Virus record (IMG/VR): IMGVR_UViG_3300047409_000171 | Span: 6,156 to 70,155 of that record | Origin: a virus | Direction: 5' to 3' (one strand) | Length of the DNA: 64,000 bases | Shown here: one piece after another, positions 24,931 through 34,474 of the stretch | Numbering within the stretch: position 1 is the first letter of the stretch | Layout of the letters: every line of letters begins with the position of its first letter | Translations under genes and position numbers: made by a program | The notes under the pieces: model-generated | What the model was told of the DNA's origin: nothing | The model's database searches: none | What the model saw: the letters and a program-made list of their open reading frames with translations, nothing else

Positions 24931-24939
24931 GAGCGGCTC

Positions 24940-25314
24940 ATGGGAATGCCCACCGTATTAACGCAGAACGGCACTGGGACGAGTGCCATCTGGTTTCCGG
25001 ACTGGATGCAGAATCCTTTTGCTGTCGGCATTCAGTGCATCGCGACGTCCACCGTCCAGTTCAGTGTTCAGCACACCCTCGACAACATCGATGTTACCAA
25101 CGGCGGCGGCGGTCAGGGCGGCGTCAGCCCGACTGTGAACGCCACAACGGCTGCCAACGCGACGTGGATCGACAATCCCGGCATTACCCTCGCTACCGCC
25201 ACAATCAACGGAAACTATGCCTTTCCTGTTAGGGCCATCCGGGTTCAAATCCAGTCATCGACGGCGACAGGTGTAGTCGCAGCTACCTTCATTCAGGCGA
25301 CCTACGGGCGGTGA
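24940..25314 (+). CDS. Putative virion protein
   Basis: AGGAG RBS; VQHTLD, GNYAFPVRAIR. Confidence 0.65.
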   Translation: MGMPTVLTQNGTGTSAIWFPDWMQNPFAVGIQCIATSTVQFSVQHTLDNIDVTNGGGGQGGVSPTVNATTAANATWIDNPGITLATATINGNYAFPVRAIRVQIQSSTATGVVAATFIQATYGR

Positions 25315-25317
25315 TTT

Positions 25318-26805
25318 ATGACTGGGGTCGTCATCGGCGGAGCTAAGCTGTCTCTGGTGACAACGAGCGAAATCCCGGTTGATAGTGTCACGTTTGTTGG
25401 TAGTTCTCTTAGCTATCTAACGGGTGTTTCGGTAGGCCCCGCCATCCTGCCGGTTTCCTTCCTTCCGATCAATGCCACTACTGCACCGAATATAAGCGTA
25501 GGATCGCGTAGCGCCCTGCAATGGGAGCGCACGCAGGCATGGACATGCATTGCATTTATTACTGTCGCGGCAGCTCCTGCTGCTAGTGGCGCAGCTATTA
25601 TATTCACAACTTGCAACCAAGTTGTCAGTTCAACAGAGGTCGATCCCGGCTTCCGTGGATATGAGTTTTGGATTAACGATCAGGGTAAGTTACAGGTGCG
25701 CATCATCAGTGACTACGTTGGTTCTAATTATATTGGAGTGATAGGATCGACGGTAGTCACTAACGGCGTGCGGTGCCAGGTCGCAGCGAGTTACGACGGG
25801 TCAAGCACGGCTGCTGGAGTTAAGCTGTATGTTAACGGTGTACTAGAAACCAACACCGTTGAAAGCGACACGCTGTCCAGCACCATCGTCAACAGCCAGC
25901 CATTCTATATCGGCAATCAGCGTGGTTGGCCTTATTCTCTTGGAGGTAGTCTGGATCAATTTTCCTTGTCTAAGGTGGTCAGGAACCAGGCCGCTATCCG
26001 AACTTATACTAGTGCTGGTTCGGCGCTCGATGCCAACACGGTACTCGCCTATAATTTTTCGGAACAGTCTGGCAAGGTTACATCAGACCTCTCATCGAAC
26101 GGCTTCGTGGGGGCCATGAACGGTGCCAGATGGGTACGGTCTGGAGCGGTGGGCAATGCGCCTTACTGGCTGCAGGGAAAGCTAGGTGCTGACGCTGGCC
26201 TTGTGCCCGCACCATCTACGGCCGTAACGCTGTCGGCTGCCGTAGCTAGTGGAAATTCTGTGATTGTTTCCTGCACCGTAGCAGCTGGGGCTGGGACAAT
26301 CAATTTTAGCGACGACAAATCCAATGTATACACTCCTATTGTAGCCAATGTGACCAATGCTCTGGCCGGTACAATTACCGCCATGGCAATCGCCACCAAT
26401 GTCACCAATGGTCCATCAACGTTTACCGCCACTATTAGCGCAGGAAATGGTACCTATTGGCGCGTGCTGGCGGAGGAGCTTGTAAATATCAAGGCGGCCT
26501 CTCCGGTCGATGCCAGCGCCAGCCTTTACAATCCGGCCGCGACCGGCGTCGATGGTGCTACATCTGGACCCTTCGTTCCGACTGCAAATTTTGATTTTAT
26601 CTATGGCATATCGGGAGATTTTACTGTCAGCACAGTGACAAACGGTACCGGTTTCTCGTCACTGACCATGGGAAAATCCACTGACAATGAGCCGCTCTAT
26701 AGCGAGTATTTCTTTCAGAAAACAGCCGGTGCGACGGCGGCCACATTCAGTCCAAGTATTGTGTCGTTACAGCCTGTAATAGGGGTGGCGCTGAAATCGC
26801 AGTGA
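25318..26805 (+). CDS. LamG/concanavalin-like domain virion protein (possible receptor binding)
   Basis: VAASYDG....VKLYVNG, FYIG...GSLDQ, YNFSE.SG....DLS.NG. Confidence 0.75.
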   Translation: MTGVVIGGAKLSLVTTSEIPVDSVTFVGSSLSYLTGVSVGPAILPVSFLPINATTAPNISVGSRSALQWERTQAWTCIAFITVAAAPAASGAAIIFTTCNQVVSSTEVDPGFRGYEFWINDQGKLQVRIISDYVGSNYIGVIGSTVVTNGVRCQVAASYDGSSTAAGVKLYVNGVLETNTVESDTLSSTIVNSQPFYIGNQRGWPYSLGGSLDQFSLSKVVRNQAAIRTYTSAGSALDANTVLAYNFSEQSGKVTSDLSSNGFVGAMNGARWVRSGAVGNAPYWLQGKLGADAGLVPAPSTAVTLSAAVASGNSVIVSCTVAAGAGTINFSDDKSNVYTPIVANVTNALAGTITAMAIATNVTNGPSTFTATISAGNGTYWRVLAEELVNIKAASPVDASASLYNPAATGVDGATSGPFVPTANFDFIYGISGDFTVSTVTNGTGFSSLTMGKSTDNEPLYSEYFFQKTAGATAATFSPSIVSLQPVIGVALKSQ

Positions 26806-26826
26806 TGGAATAACGAGAGGCATAAA

Positions 26827-26898
26827 ATGATACCTGCACTTGAAATAAATTTCGCATTATGGGGCATGATATTGTGCCTCATTCATTGGTTGGGATAG
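26827..26898 (+). CDS. 23-aa hydrophobic peptide
   Basis: GAGAGG RBS; MIPALEINFALWGMILCLIHWLG; abuts the next ATG. Confidence 0.35.
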   Translation: MIPALEINFALWGMILCLIHWLG

Positions 26899-27594
26899 AT
26901 GACGTCAACTGGCACATACGGTTTTTCGATCACGTCCGGTGAGGTCGTCCTCGACGCCTATGAACGATGCGGGATCATCGCTTCGCAGCTCGAGCAGAAG
27001 CATTTTTTCACGGCGCGGCGGCAGATGAACCTTTTGCTCTCGTCGGAGTGGAGCAACCGCGGTATTAACTTGTGGCGCGTGGAATTGCTCTCCCAGTTGC
27101 TGACGCAGGGAACGGCATCGTACACGCTGCCGGCGCGGGTCATCATGATCTTGGACACTTACCGCAGCACGAACCAAGGGCAGTCGACCCAAACCGACAT
27201 TTTCATCACGCCGATCTCTCGTGACGACTATGCGGCCTATCCTCAGAAGCAGACGCAGGGGCCACCTAATCAATATTACTTTGACAGGCAGATTGTGCCG
27301 CCGTTGACCCTATATCCGGTGCCTGACGGCAACGGTCCGTATTACCTAAATTACTATGCGTTCACCCAAATTCAAGATTCCAGTTTGCCATCTGGATCAA
27401 CGCCAGACCTGCCGGTGAGGTGGTACGATGCCGCCTGTGCCGGACTGGCGCTGCGCGTGTCTCGAGTCTTTGCACCGGCCAAGACAAAAGATTTGAAATC
27501 GGACTATGATGAAGCGTGGACCCTCGCCGCGACCGAGGACACGCAGAATGTGAATATCCGTGTGTCGCCGGGAATTTCTCGTTACTACCGATAG
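26899..27594 (+). CDS. Head-tail adaptor / tail tubular-like protein
   Basis: MTSTGTY.F, AYERCG, EWSNRGINLW, ISRDDYA.YP.K..QG.P.QYYFDRQ. Confidence 0.7.
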   Translation: MTSTGTYGFSITSGEVVLDAYERCGIIASQLEQKHFFTARRQMNLLLSSEWSNRGINLWRVELLSQLLTQGTASYTLPARVIMILDTYRSTNQGQSTQTDIFITPISRDDYAAYPQKQTQGPPNQYYFDRQIVPPLTLYPVPDGNGPYYLNYYAFTQIQDSSLPSGSTPDLPVRWYDAACAGLALRVSRVFAPAKTKDLKSDYDEAWTLAATEDTQNVNIRVSPGISRYYR

Positions 27595-27603
27595 GATCGT
27601 TCT

Positions 27604-28014
27604 GTGCGCAAACATCCGAGACGAGCTGAAGTTGATCCAACGAATCCCGCTTCGTGGTCCCGTAGCGACAGAAACGGATTCATCGGAAACTTAAAGAATA
27701 TGCGGTGGAACTACGAATGGCGCGGGCCGCGGATCATCAACACCCGCATCCTTGTCCATGAGGACGAACTGGACATACCGCAGCGGCAACTTGGCTCGCC
27801 AGCGCTTCTCGGCCCTGACCCTGTACCAGTGGCCAATGCGCGCCCTGAATCATACTCGATTGATGAGTATCCGGTCTCCACTAGAATTCCGATGGGTACT
27901 ACGCTGCCCAACGGGGCCGTCCGTGCCATCATGCAGTCTCACGGGGCTTCTCCGATTAACCTGATAGCCACGGTTCAAGGTGGCGTCACCGATGGCAACT
28001 GGACAGGGCCATGA
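27604..28014 (+). CDS. Conserved tail-region protein
   Basis: DRNGF...EW.G...LV...LD.PQ.QL...DP.PV.NARP. Confidence 0.6.
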   Translation: MRKHPRRAEVDPTNPASWSRSDRNGFIGNLKNMRWNYEWRGPRIINTRILVHEDELDIPQRQLGSPALLGPDPVPVANARPESYSIDEYPVSTRIPMGTTLPNGAVRAIMQSHGASPINLIATVQGGVTDGNWTGP

Positions 28015-29129
28015 CGACACTTCCGGCCGTAGTCAGGATTATTGACCTCCCAACCGGGACCACAATCACGGGTCTTGAGGTGTTTGAGGCTGTCCAGACT
28101 GTAGCCGGCGTTCAGATTTCGGTTCAGGTGCCGATTAACCAAGTTATGACAACGGCGCTCGGAGGATTACCAACCGGCGGCGGGACTGGACAGATTCTCA
28201 GCAAGGCGAACGGCACCAATTTTGCTGCCACTTGGAGTAGTGTATCTTCATTCATCTCGGTTATTCCGACATCCGGCCTTGCGACTTCAGGGTCTGGCAC
28301 CGCTCTTGTGATCGGAATTGCGACCGGTGGCATCTCCTCTGCGCAGATCGCCAATAATGCGGTCGGCACTAACCAACTGGCCAGCAGCCTTGGCATTGCG
28401 AGCTCGTTGAGCATCGGAACTTTTCTGACGGTTGGCTCACCGGCAACATCTCGCGTAAGTCTGGGCGCATTCGGTATTGTTAGGGTGCAGACATTCACGG
28501 CCAGCGGCACCTACACGCCAAATGCGAACATGGTCTATTGCCAGATTGAGGCTGTAGGTGGTGGAGGTGGCGGGGGTGGTGTTGGGGTGGCAACGACCGG
28601 GATATGGGGCGGGGGCGGCGGGGGCGGGGGTGCATATGCAAGAACGCTAACCTCAACAGGAGCCGTTGGTGCTTCTCAGGTGGTGACCATTGGAGTGAAC
28701 GGGACGGGAAGCGTTGGGACAACATCCGCTGCTACCGCAGGCGGGACGACAAGCGTAGGATCATTATGCGCTGCCAATGGTGGATTCCCAGGTACGGCTG
28801 GTCACGTATCGCAAACTGGTGGTGGCGGAAACGGAGGGGCTGCTGGAGTTGGTGATTTTGTCGTTATCGGCGGCGCCGGCCTGTCAGGTATATATGATGG
28901 TGCTGGAAACGTATTCTCACCGCAAGGCGGAAACGGCGGGGCATCTTTATTGGGAGGCGGGGCTGCTGCGACCACTGCTGTTACCGGGACTACTGGGGTA
29001 GGCCAGACCGCAGTGGGGTACGGAGGGGGCGGGTCCGGTGCAATAAATGTAAAGGTATCCACAGCGACTACAAACGGAGGAAATGGGGCCAAGGGCATCG
29101 TCATCATTACTGAGTTCTGCACACAATGA
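28011..29129 (+). CDS. Gly-rich tail fibre-like protein
   Basis: PTGG.TGQILSK, FTASGTYTP, VGGGGGGG, YGGGGSG, GIVIITE. Confidence 0.75.
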   Translation: MTTLPAVVRIIDLPTGTTITGLEVFEAVQTVAGVQISVQVPINQVMTTALGGLPTGGGTGQILSKANGTNFAATWSSVSSFISVIPTSGLATSGSGTALVIGIATGGISSAQIANNAVGTNQLASSLGIASSLSIGTFLTVGSPATSRVSLGAFGIVRVQTFTASGTYTPNANMVYCQIEAVGGGGGGGGVGVATTGIWGGGGGGGGAYARTLTSTGAVGASQVVTIGVNGTGSVGTTSAATAGGTTSVGSLCAANGGFPGTAGHVSQTGGGGNGGAAGVGDFVVIGGAGLSGIYDGAGNVFSPQGGNGGASLLGGGAAATTAVTGTTGVGQTAVGYGGGGSGAINVKVSTATTNGGNGAKGIVIITEFCTQ

Positions 29130-29821
29130 CCGCCCTTACCTACACAACGTATGTGACTGCGCTGGCCCTAGAGGCGGTTGTGCAGCCGACTGATACTAAT
29201 TTTCAGGCTATCCTGCCGACGATCATCACGAATTCGGAATTGAGACTTCAGCGAGACCTTGACCTCGTTGATTCGACGGTACGGGATTCCAGCGCCACGT
29301 TCGCACTATCTACACGTAATTTTACGCTGCCATCGACCAACGGGACGTTCATCGTTATCGAACAATTGAATGTCATCACGCCTGCGGGCACGACAAACCC
29401 GGAATTGGGAACGCGAAACTCACTCATTCCGGTGTCAATCGACATGCTGGATGCGTTGTGGCCATCATCATCCGGGTCGACGCTTCCCGTGTATATGTCG
29501 ATGATGGATCAGGACTTGGCCATTGTTGGGCCGTTCCCGGACGCAACCTATACGGTTGAGGTAGTAGGAACGCAGCGGTTCAATTCGCTATCTACTGCGG
29601 TCATGACAACTCCATTGTCCGTGTTTTTCCCAGACCTGTTCTTGGCTGCTTCAATGGTAGAATTGGCGGCATACCAGCGCAACTTCGGTGCCATGGCGGA
29701 CGACCCCAAATCTGCCATGTCATGGGAGGCGCATTATCAGACAATTCTCAAGTCGGCCCAGACGGAAGAGAACAAGAAGAAATTCCTGTCGGGCCACAAT
29801 GAGAAGGGCGGAGGGGGATAA
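29126..29821 (+). CDS. Second adaptor-like virion protein
   Basis: ELRLQRDLD, GPFPD.TYTVEV.G, PDLFLAASM, SWE.HYQ. Confidence 0.65.
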   Translation: MTALTYTTYVTALALEAVVQPTDTNFQAILPTIITNSELRLQRDLDLVDSTVRDSSATFALSTRNFTLPSTNGTFIVIEQLNVITPAGTTNPELGTRNSLIPVSIDMLDALWPSSSGSTLPVYMSMMDQDLAIVGPFPDATYTVEVVGTQRFNSLSTAVMTTPLSVFFPDLFLAASMVELAAYQRNFGAMADDPKSAMSWEAHYQTILKSAQTEENKKKFLSGHNEKGGGG

Positions 29822-29827
29822 AAATCC

Positions 29828-30817
29828 ATGACGGAACCTGTAACTAATAATCTTTATCTGATCGTACCGAACACATCAGATTTGCCGGGAGCTTGGGCCA
29901 CATCTGCTCTTAATCCGAACTTTCAATCAATTGATGCCAAACTAAGCGGCACGACCACGATATCGCTTTCGTCCACGACGACGATCCTGTTGACGGTGCC
30001 GGCGACGACTGGTGTATGGCCGGGCGGCAATCCGTCTCAGTCGATGCAGGCGCTGATCAAGTTCACGGGGGCGCAGACGGGTTCGGCTACGATCCAATTC
30101 ACGCTGCCGGGATTCTATATTATAGACAACCGGTGCACGGGGACGACGTTCGTCAAACTTTCTCCGGCGAGCGGTGGTGGCAATTCAATCGGTGCGCCTC
30201 CAGGTGAAAAATGTCATGTGTTCTTTGATGGCACGGACATGGACTATGTCAATTTGGGTCGCGTTGGCTCTCCGCTTGATCTGCACATTAACACCACAAC
30301 GCTGCCGCCTTGGATGACCGCGTGCTCTGTGTCGCCATATCTTGTGAAAGATGGATCGGTCTACACGTCGTCGGTTTATCCAGCATTGTCAGCATTGCTT
30401 GGCTCTACGTTTGGTGGGAACGGCGTCACTACGTTCGGCGTTCCGGATGAACGGTCCCGCACGAGACTTGGTGTCGATACGATCCAAGCTGCATCTGGTG
30501 CCACTGCTGCGCGCATCACCTTTGCGCAGGCTGGGTTTACTGGGTCACTCTTGGGGGCGGCCGGAGGAACATCTATCAGCGCTCTGGTAACAGCCAACAC
30601 CCCGCCCTATACGCCAGTCGGCGGCGTTTCGTCCGTGTTTCAGAATATTGCAGTCCCAGCGGCCGGACCTGTTCACATGGTCATTGCTACGACGTCTGGC
30701 GACGGTGCCACGGGGGCGGGCAACACCTTTGCGGGGACGCTAGGTGGAGGTACCAGCGCGCCATTCTCAAATGTGGGGCCGGGAATTGTTTCGTGTCTGC
30801 CATTGATCAAGACGTGA
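29828..30817 (+). CDS. Tail fibre protein with phage tail-collar domain
   Basis: DGSVY....YPAL..LLG.TFGGNG.TTF.VPD.R.R..LG; C-terminal LIKT. Confidence 0.8.
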   Translation: MTEPVTNNLYLIVPNTSDLPGAWATSALNPNFQSIDAKLSGTTTISLSSTTTILLTVPATTGVWPGGNPSQSMQALIKFTGAQTGSATIQFTLPGFYIIDNRCTGTTFVKLSPASGGGNSIGAPPGEKCHVFFDGTDMDYVNLGRVGSPLDLHINTTTLPPWMTACSVSPYLVKDGSVYTSSVYPALSALLGSTFGGNGVTTFGVPDERSRTRLGVDTIQAASGATAARITFAQAGFTGSLLGAAGGTSISALVTANTPPYTPVGGVSSVFQNIAVPAAGPVHMVIATTSGDGATGAGNTFAGTLGGGTSAPFSNVGPGIVSCLPLIKT

Positions 30818-30824
30818 GGTAGGC

Positions 30825-32882
30825 ATGCCGTATGGCAGCGTCCAACTCATCCCCGGGATAAACACCGAGCGCACGCCAACGGCGAACGAAGCTGGCATTT
30901 CGCAGAGCCAGATGATCCGTTTCCGTGACAGCCTTGCGCAGAAGTATGGAGGCTGGCAGAGGTTCTACGCATTCAACATAGCAGGGGTTCCGCGTGATCT
31001 ACATGCATGGCAGGATTTGAATGCTGGGCAGCATCTACTTGCGGGCACCACTTCAACGCTGAACATGATCACGGGCGGTTCGCTGCAGAACATCACCCCA
31101 CAGCAATTGTCGTCCAACTTCACGCCGAACTTCTCTGTCGTCGCTGGAGGCACGACTGTCACGGTTGCTGACCCCAATATCAACAACGTGACGGTTTTCG
31201 ATTCGGTGATGTTCAACACGCCGATCGTCATCGGGTCGGCTGTCATCTCGGGCCTGTTTCCGATTGTCACGACGCTAGGTGGCACCGGATATACGATCCA
31301 GTTGGCCAATGCAGCCGGCACCACCGCCAGCAACACCGGCACACTGCCATTGTTCACGATGGCGACATCGTCCAATCTGGTCAGCGTCCTGATGACGGCG
31401 CACGGCATCAGTACAGGCGGTACGATTGCGTTTCAGAAGACGACGGTGGTTTCTGGCGTCTCGATCTACGGCATCTTCCCTATCACCTATACTGACGCTA
31501 ACAACTTCAAGATCACGGCGGCTGCGCTGGCGACGAGCGCCGCCACCTCATTCATGAACAACGGTAGCGCATCGCTGCAGTATTTCATCAATATTGGCCC
31601 GGCGGCGTCCGGAGCTGGCTACGGCTCTGGAGGATATGGTTCTGGTGGTTACGGCACTGGCACCGCTGGCTCGGACCAGATCGGTTCACCGATCACGGCA
31701 ACGGACTGGACGAGCGACAACTGGGGACAGATTGCGCTCGCCAATGCAATGGGCGGCCCGATCTATCAATACGACCCGACGGGAGGATTCCAGACTGCGT
31801 CCATCGTTCCCACAGCACCTCCATTCAACAATGGAATTTTCGTCTCTAACACACTGCAAATCCTGTTTGCGTGGGGCTCGACCACAAATGCCTCGATCGG
31901 GCAAATCCTCGACCCGATGATGATACGTTGGTCGGACCTGAGCGACTACACGAAGTTCACGACCAAGACCACGAACCAGGCTGGCTCGTTCCGGCTCCCT
32001 ATCGGGTCTGTTATTCGAGGCGGGATGGCAATGGCGAACCAGAATTTGTTCTGGACCGACTTGGATTTGTGGGTAGCAAATTATGCTGGCTATCCGTTGG
32101 TGTTCGGCTTCAATAAGATCGGCGCTGGGGCTGGGCTGATTTCCTCGCACGCCGCGCAACCGTTCCGCGGCTCTGTCTACTGGATGGGGCCGTCGAACTT
32201 CTATGTTTACAGCGGCGGGTCGGTGTCAGTTCTTCCATGCTCGGTGTGGGATTTTGTGTTTCAGAACCTCAAATCAGGGTCTGATGCGAACGGGCGCCCT
32301 TACACTGCCAATATCCGGGCGATGCCCAACACGCCGTTCAATGAAGTTGGATGGGAATTCCCATCGGCTTCAAGTTCGAACGGTGAGAACGATTCCTACG
32401 TCAAGATGAACGTCTCTGAGCCGGGTCGGCCATGGGACTATGGCACGTTGGCGCGGTCGGCTTGGATCGATCAGACAGTGCTAGGAAATCCGATTGCATG
32501 CACGCCTACGGGCATCATCTACCAGCAAGAGACGACCAACGATGCGGATGGATCGCCGATCACAGCGTCGTTCACGACGGGATATTTCTACATTGCCGAG
32601 GGCGAGGAGTTTGCTTTCGTCGATGATATTTTGCCGGATATGCGTTGGGGTACTTACGCTGGCGCGCAGAGCGCACAAGTGCAAATCTCGTTCAATGTGG
32701 CAAACTATCCAACCGATACACCCGTGGTCTATGGTCCGTATGTGATGAGCACTTCGGTTGAACATATCCCGGTTCGGTTTCGTGGCAGGCTGATGTCGAT
32801 CACGGTGTCGTCAAGCGACGTTGGGTCGTTTTGGAGACTTGGGAAAATCAAGTATCGGTGGGCTCCCGCAGGACGTAATTGA
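30825..32882 (+). CDS. Tail nozzle / DNA stabilisation protein
   Basis: PGIN.E.T, IRFR...QKYGGW, IRWSD, YWMG..NFY.Y.GG, FRGR, FWRLG. Confidence 0.75.
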   Translation: MPYGSVQLIPGINTERTPTANEAGISQSQMIRFRDSLAQKYGGWQRFYAFNIAGVPRDLHAWQDLNAGQHLLAGTTSTLNMITGGSLQNITPQQLSSNFTPNFSVVAGGTTVTVADPNINNVTVFDSVMFNTPIVIGSAVISGLFPIVTTLGGTGYTIQLANAAGTTASNTGTLPLFTMATSSNLVSVLMTAHGISTGGTIAFQKTTVVSGVSIYGIFPITYTDANNFKITAAALATSAATSFMNNGSASLQYFINIGPAASGAGYGSGGYGSGGYGTGTAGSDQIGSPITATDWTSDNWGQIALANAMGGPIYQYDPTGGFQTASIVPTAPPFNNGIFVSNTLQILFAWGSTTNASIGQILDPMMIRWSDLSDYTKFTTKTTNQAGSFRLPIGSVIRGGMAMANQNLFWTDLDLWVANYAGYPLVFGFNKIGAGAGLISSHAAQPFRGSVYWMGPSNFYVYSGGSVSVLPCSVWDFVFQNLKSGSDANGRPYTANIRAMPNTPFNEVGWEFPSASSSNGENDSYVKMNVSEPGRPWDYGTLARSAWIDQTVLGNPIACTPTGIIYQQETTNDADGSPITASFTTGYFYIAEGEEFAFVDDILPDMRWGTYAGAQSAQVQISFNVANYPTDTPVVYGPYVMSTSVEHIPVRFRGRLMSITVSSSDVGSFWRLGKIKYRWAPAGRN

Positions 32883-33298
32883 TGGGCGATGGATCACCAC
32901 AGGGTGGATACTCCGAGGCTATAAGCCAGCTTCAGAACATCGCACGCCAATTGTCGGCTTGGTCGCAGTCGCAACTCAATGCCTACCCGGTTCCGACATC
33001 GACTACATCTCCGACATTTACCGGGGTGACGCTGAACACCACGACGGCTGCCTTGATTGTAGCAGCTAGCACGCTGCGGCACGGGATGATCCTAAGCAAC
33101 CCGGGGACGACTGCGGCTTACATTTGGCCAACTGAGACGACGACGTCGCTTGCGTCCACATCGCTTGGCGGCTCGATGCTGGTCGCTGCGGGGAGTTCTG
33201 TTATATTGTCATCGTCCCAGTTCCCGAATAATACCGCTGGCTGGTCTGGGATTTCGACAACGGCGGCGGGGCAATTTTCTGTCTGGCAATTTTTCTGA
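32879..33298 (+). CDS. Putative virion protein (Ser/Thr-rich)
   Basis: Coupled ORF within the tail operon. Confidence 0.6.
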   Translation: MMGDGSPQGGYSEAISQLQNIARQLSAWSQSQLNAYPVPTSTTSPTFTGVTLNTTTAALIVAASTLRHGMILSNPGTTAAYIWPTETTTSLASTSLGGSMLVAAGSSVILSSSQFPNNTAGWSGISTTAAGQFSVWQFF

Positions 33299-33305
33299 GG
33301 GTAAC

Positions 33306-33902
33306 ATGCCGCTGGTTCAGTCTGGCTCAAAGCAGGCGTTAAAGGAGAACATCAAGCGGCTGTCCAGCGAGGTGGGAAAAAGCGCGCACGTGAAATCGCG
33401 TGAGCAAGCGTTAGCCGTGGCGTACAGCATCAAACGCCGCAACCGCGCAGATGGCGGTCAGGTATTTGAGGGGCCGATTGTCTCGGAAGTGCCGGGGCGC
33501 ACAGACCGCCACGACATGGCCGTGGGGGCCGGATCATATATCGCCCCTGCAGAATTTGTGTCGCATCTCGGGGAGAACAACACACTTGCCGGCCTCGCTG
33601 TTTTGAAGAAGATGGGTCCACAAGGAATCCGCAAGATGGCCCATAGTGCACCGGGGGCATCTGCCGTAATATCCAAGCATAGGCAGCGTGCTAGGGGCGG
33701 TCGGACCCAAGATGCACCTACGGGTCACCCGATCGACATCGTGGCCGCCGGCGGCGAATATGCATGGTCTCCGGAAGAGGTCAAAGTCATCGGGGACGGG
33801 GACGTGATTTTAGGGCATGCTCTGCTGGACAATCTCGTCATGCAGAACCGTAAAAAGCACATCAAGACACTCAAAGGCCTTCCCGGCCCCGCCAAGGATT
33901 GA
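33306..33902 (+). CDS. Conserved virion-associated protein
   Basis: GAGG RBS; MPL...S....ENI, QALAVAYS, GPI.S.VPGRTD, IKTLKGLPGP. Confidence 0.65.
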   Translation: MPLVQSGSKQALKENIKRLSSEVGKSAHVKSREQALAVAYSIKRRNRADGGQVFEGPIVSEVPGRTDRHDMAVGAGSYIAPAEFVSHLGENNTLAGLAVLKKMGPQGIRKMAHSAPGASAVISKHRQRARGGRTQDAPTGHPIDIVAAGGEYAWSPEEVKVIGDGDVILGHALLDNLVMQNRKKHIKTLKGLPGPAKD

Positions 33903-34474
33903 AAATGACAGAATCTGTCCGCATTGCTACGCAGGCCGACGAAGATGAAATCATGAAACTCCTTGCGATTATGCATGCAGAGGGCGGCATTCTCCCGTTG
34001 GACGAGATGGAGGCGCGCAACACGTTTCGTCTCGCATTCAATCGTCAGGGTGGCATTTTGGGGGTCGTGGGTGAGTCTGGCGACATCAAGGCGATGATCT
34101 TCTTGCTGATCAGCAAGTTTTGGTACACCAAAAACCATCACCTTGAGGAGTTGTTCAATTTCGTTCGGCCGGACGTGCGGAAGTCGAAGGAAAATTATGC
34201 GCCACGGCTGATTGAGTTCGCCAAGGAATGCGCGGATGAGATCAAAATCCCGCTGACTATCGGCATCCTGACCAACCAGCGCATGGAGGGGAAGGTTAGG
34301 CTTTATCGTCGATCTCTCGGCGTGCCGGCCGGGGCTTGGTTTGTGCATTTCCCAGAGGGGATGGGCTGGCAGAACGAGGTTAACGAGGAATTTTGGAAGG
34401 AACCATTCCCAAGGCGTGGTAGGGTCTCTAACGGTCGTGATATGCGATTGAGAGCGGCTGGCGGGAGAGGATAA
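33899..34474 (+). CDS. GNAT-like acetyltransferase preceding the ejection proteins
   Basis: VRIAT..D, LEELFNFV.PD.RKS, LY.R. Confidence 0.6.
   Translation: MKMTESVRIATQADEDEIMKLLAIMHAEGGILPLDEMEARNTFRLAFNRQGGILGVVGESGDIKAMIFLLISKFWYTKNHHLEELFNFVRPDVRKSKENYAPRLIEFAKECADEIKIPLTIGILTNQRMEGKVRLYRRSLGVPAGAWFVHFPEGMGWQNEVNEEFWKEPFPRRGRVSNGRDMRLRAAGGRG

Noticed and set aside
28555-29050. G-rich runs as DNA repeats or G-quadruplexes
   Set aside because: Explained by poly-Gly codons in a tail-fibre-like protein
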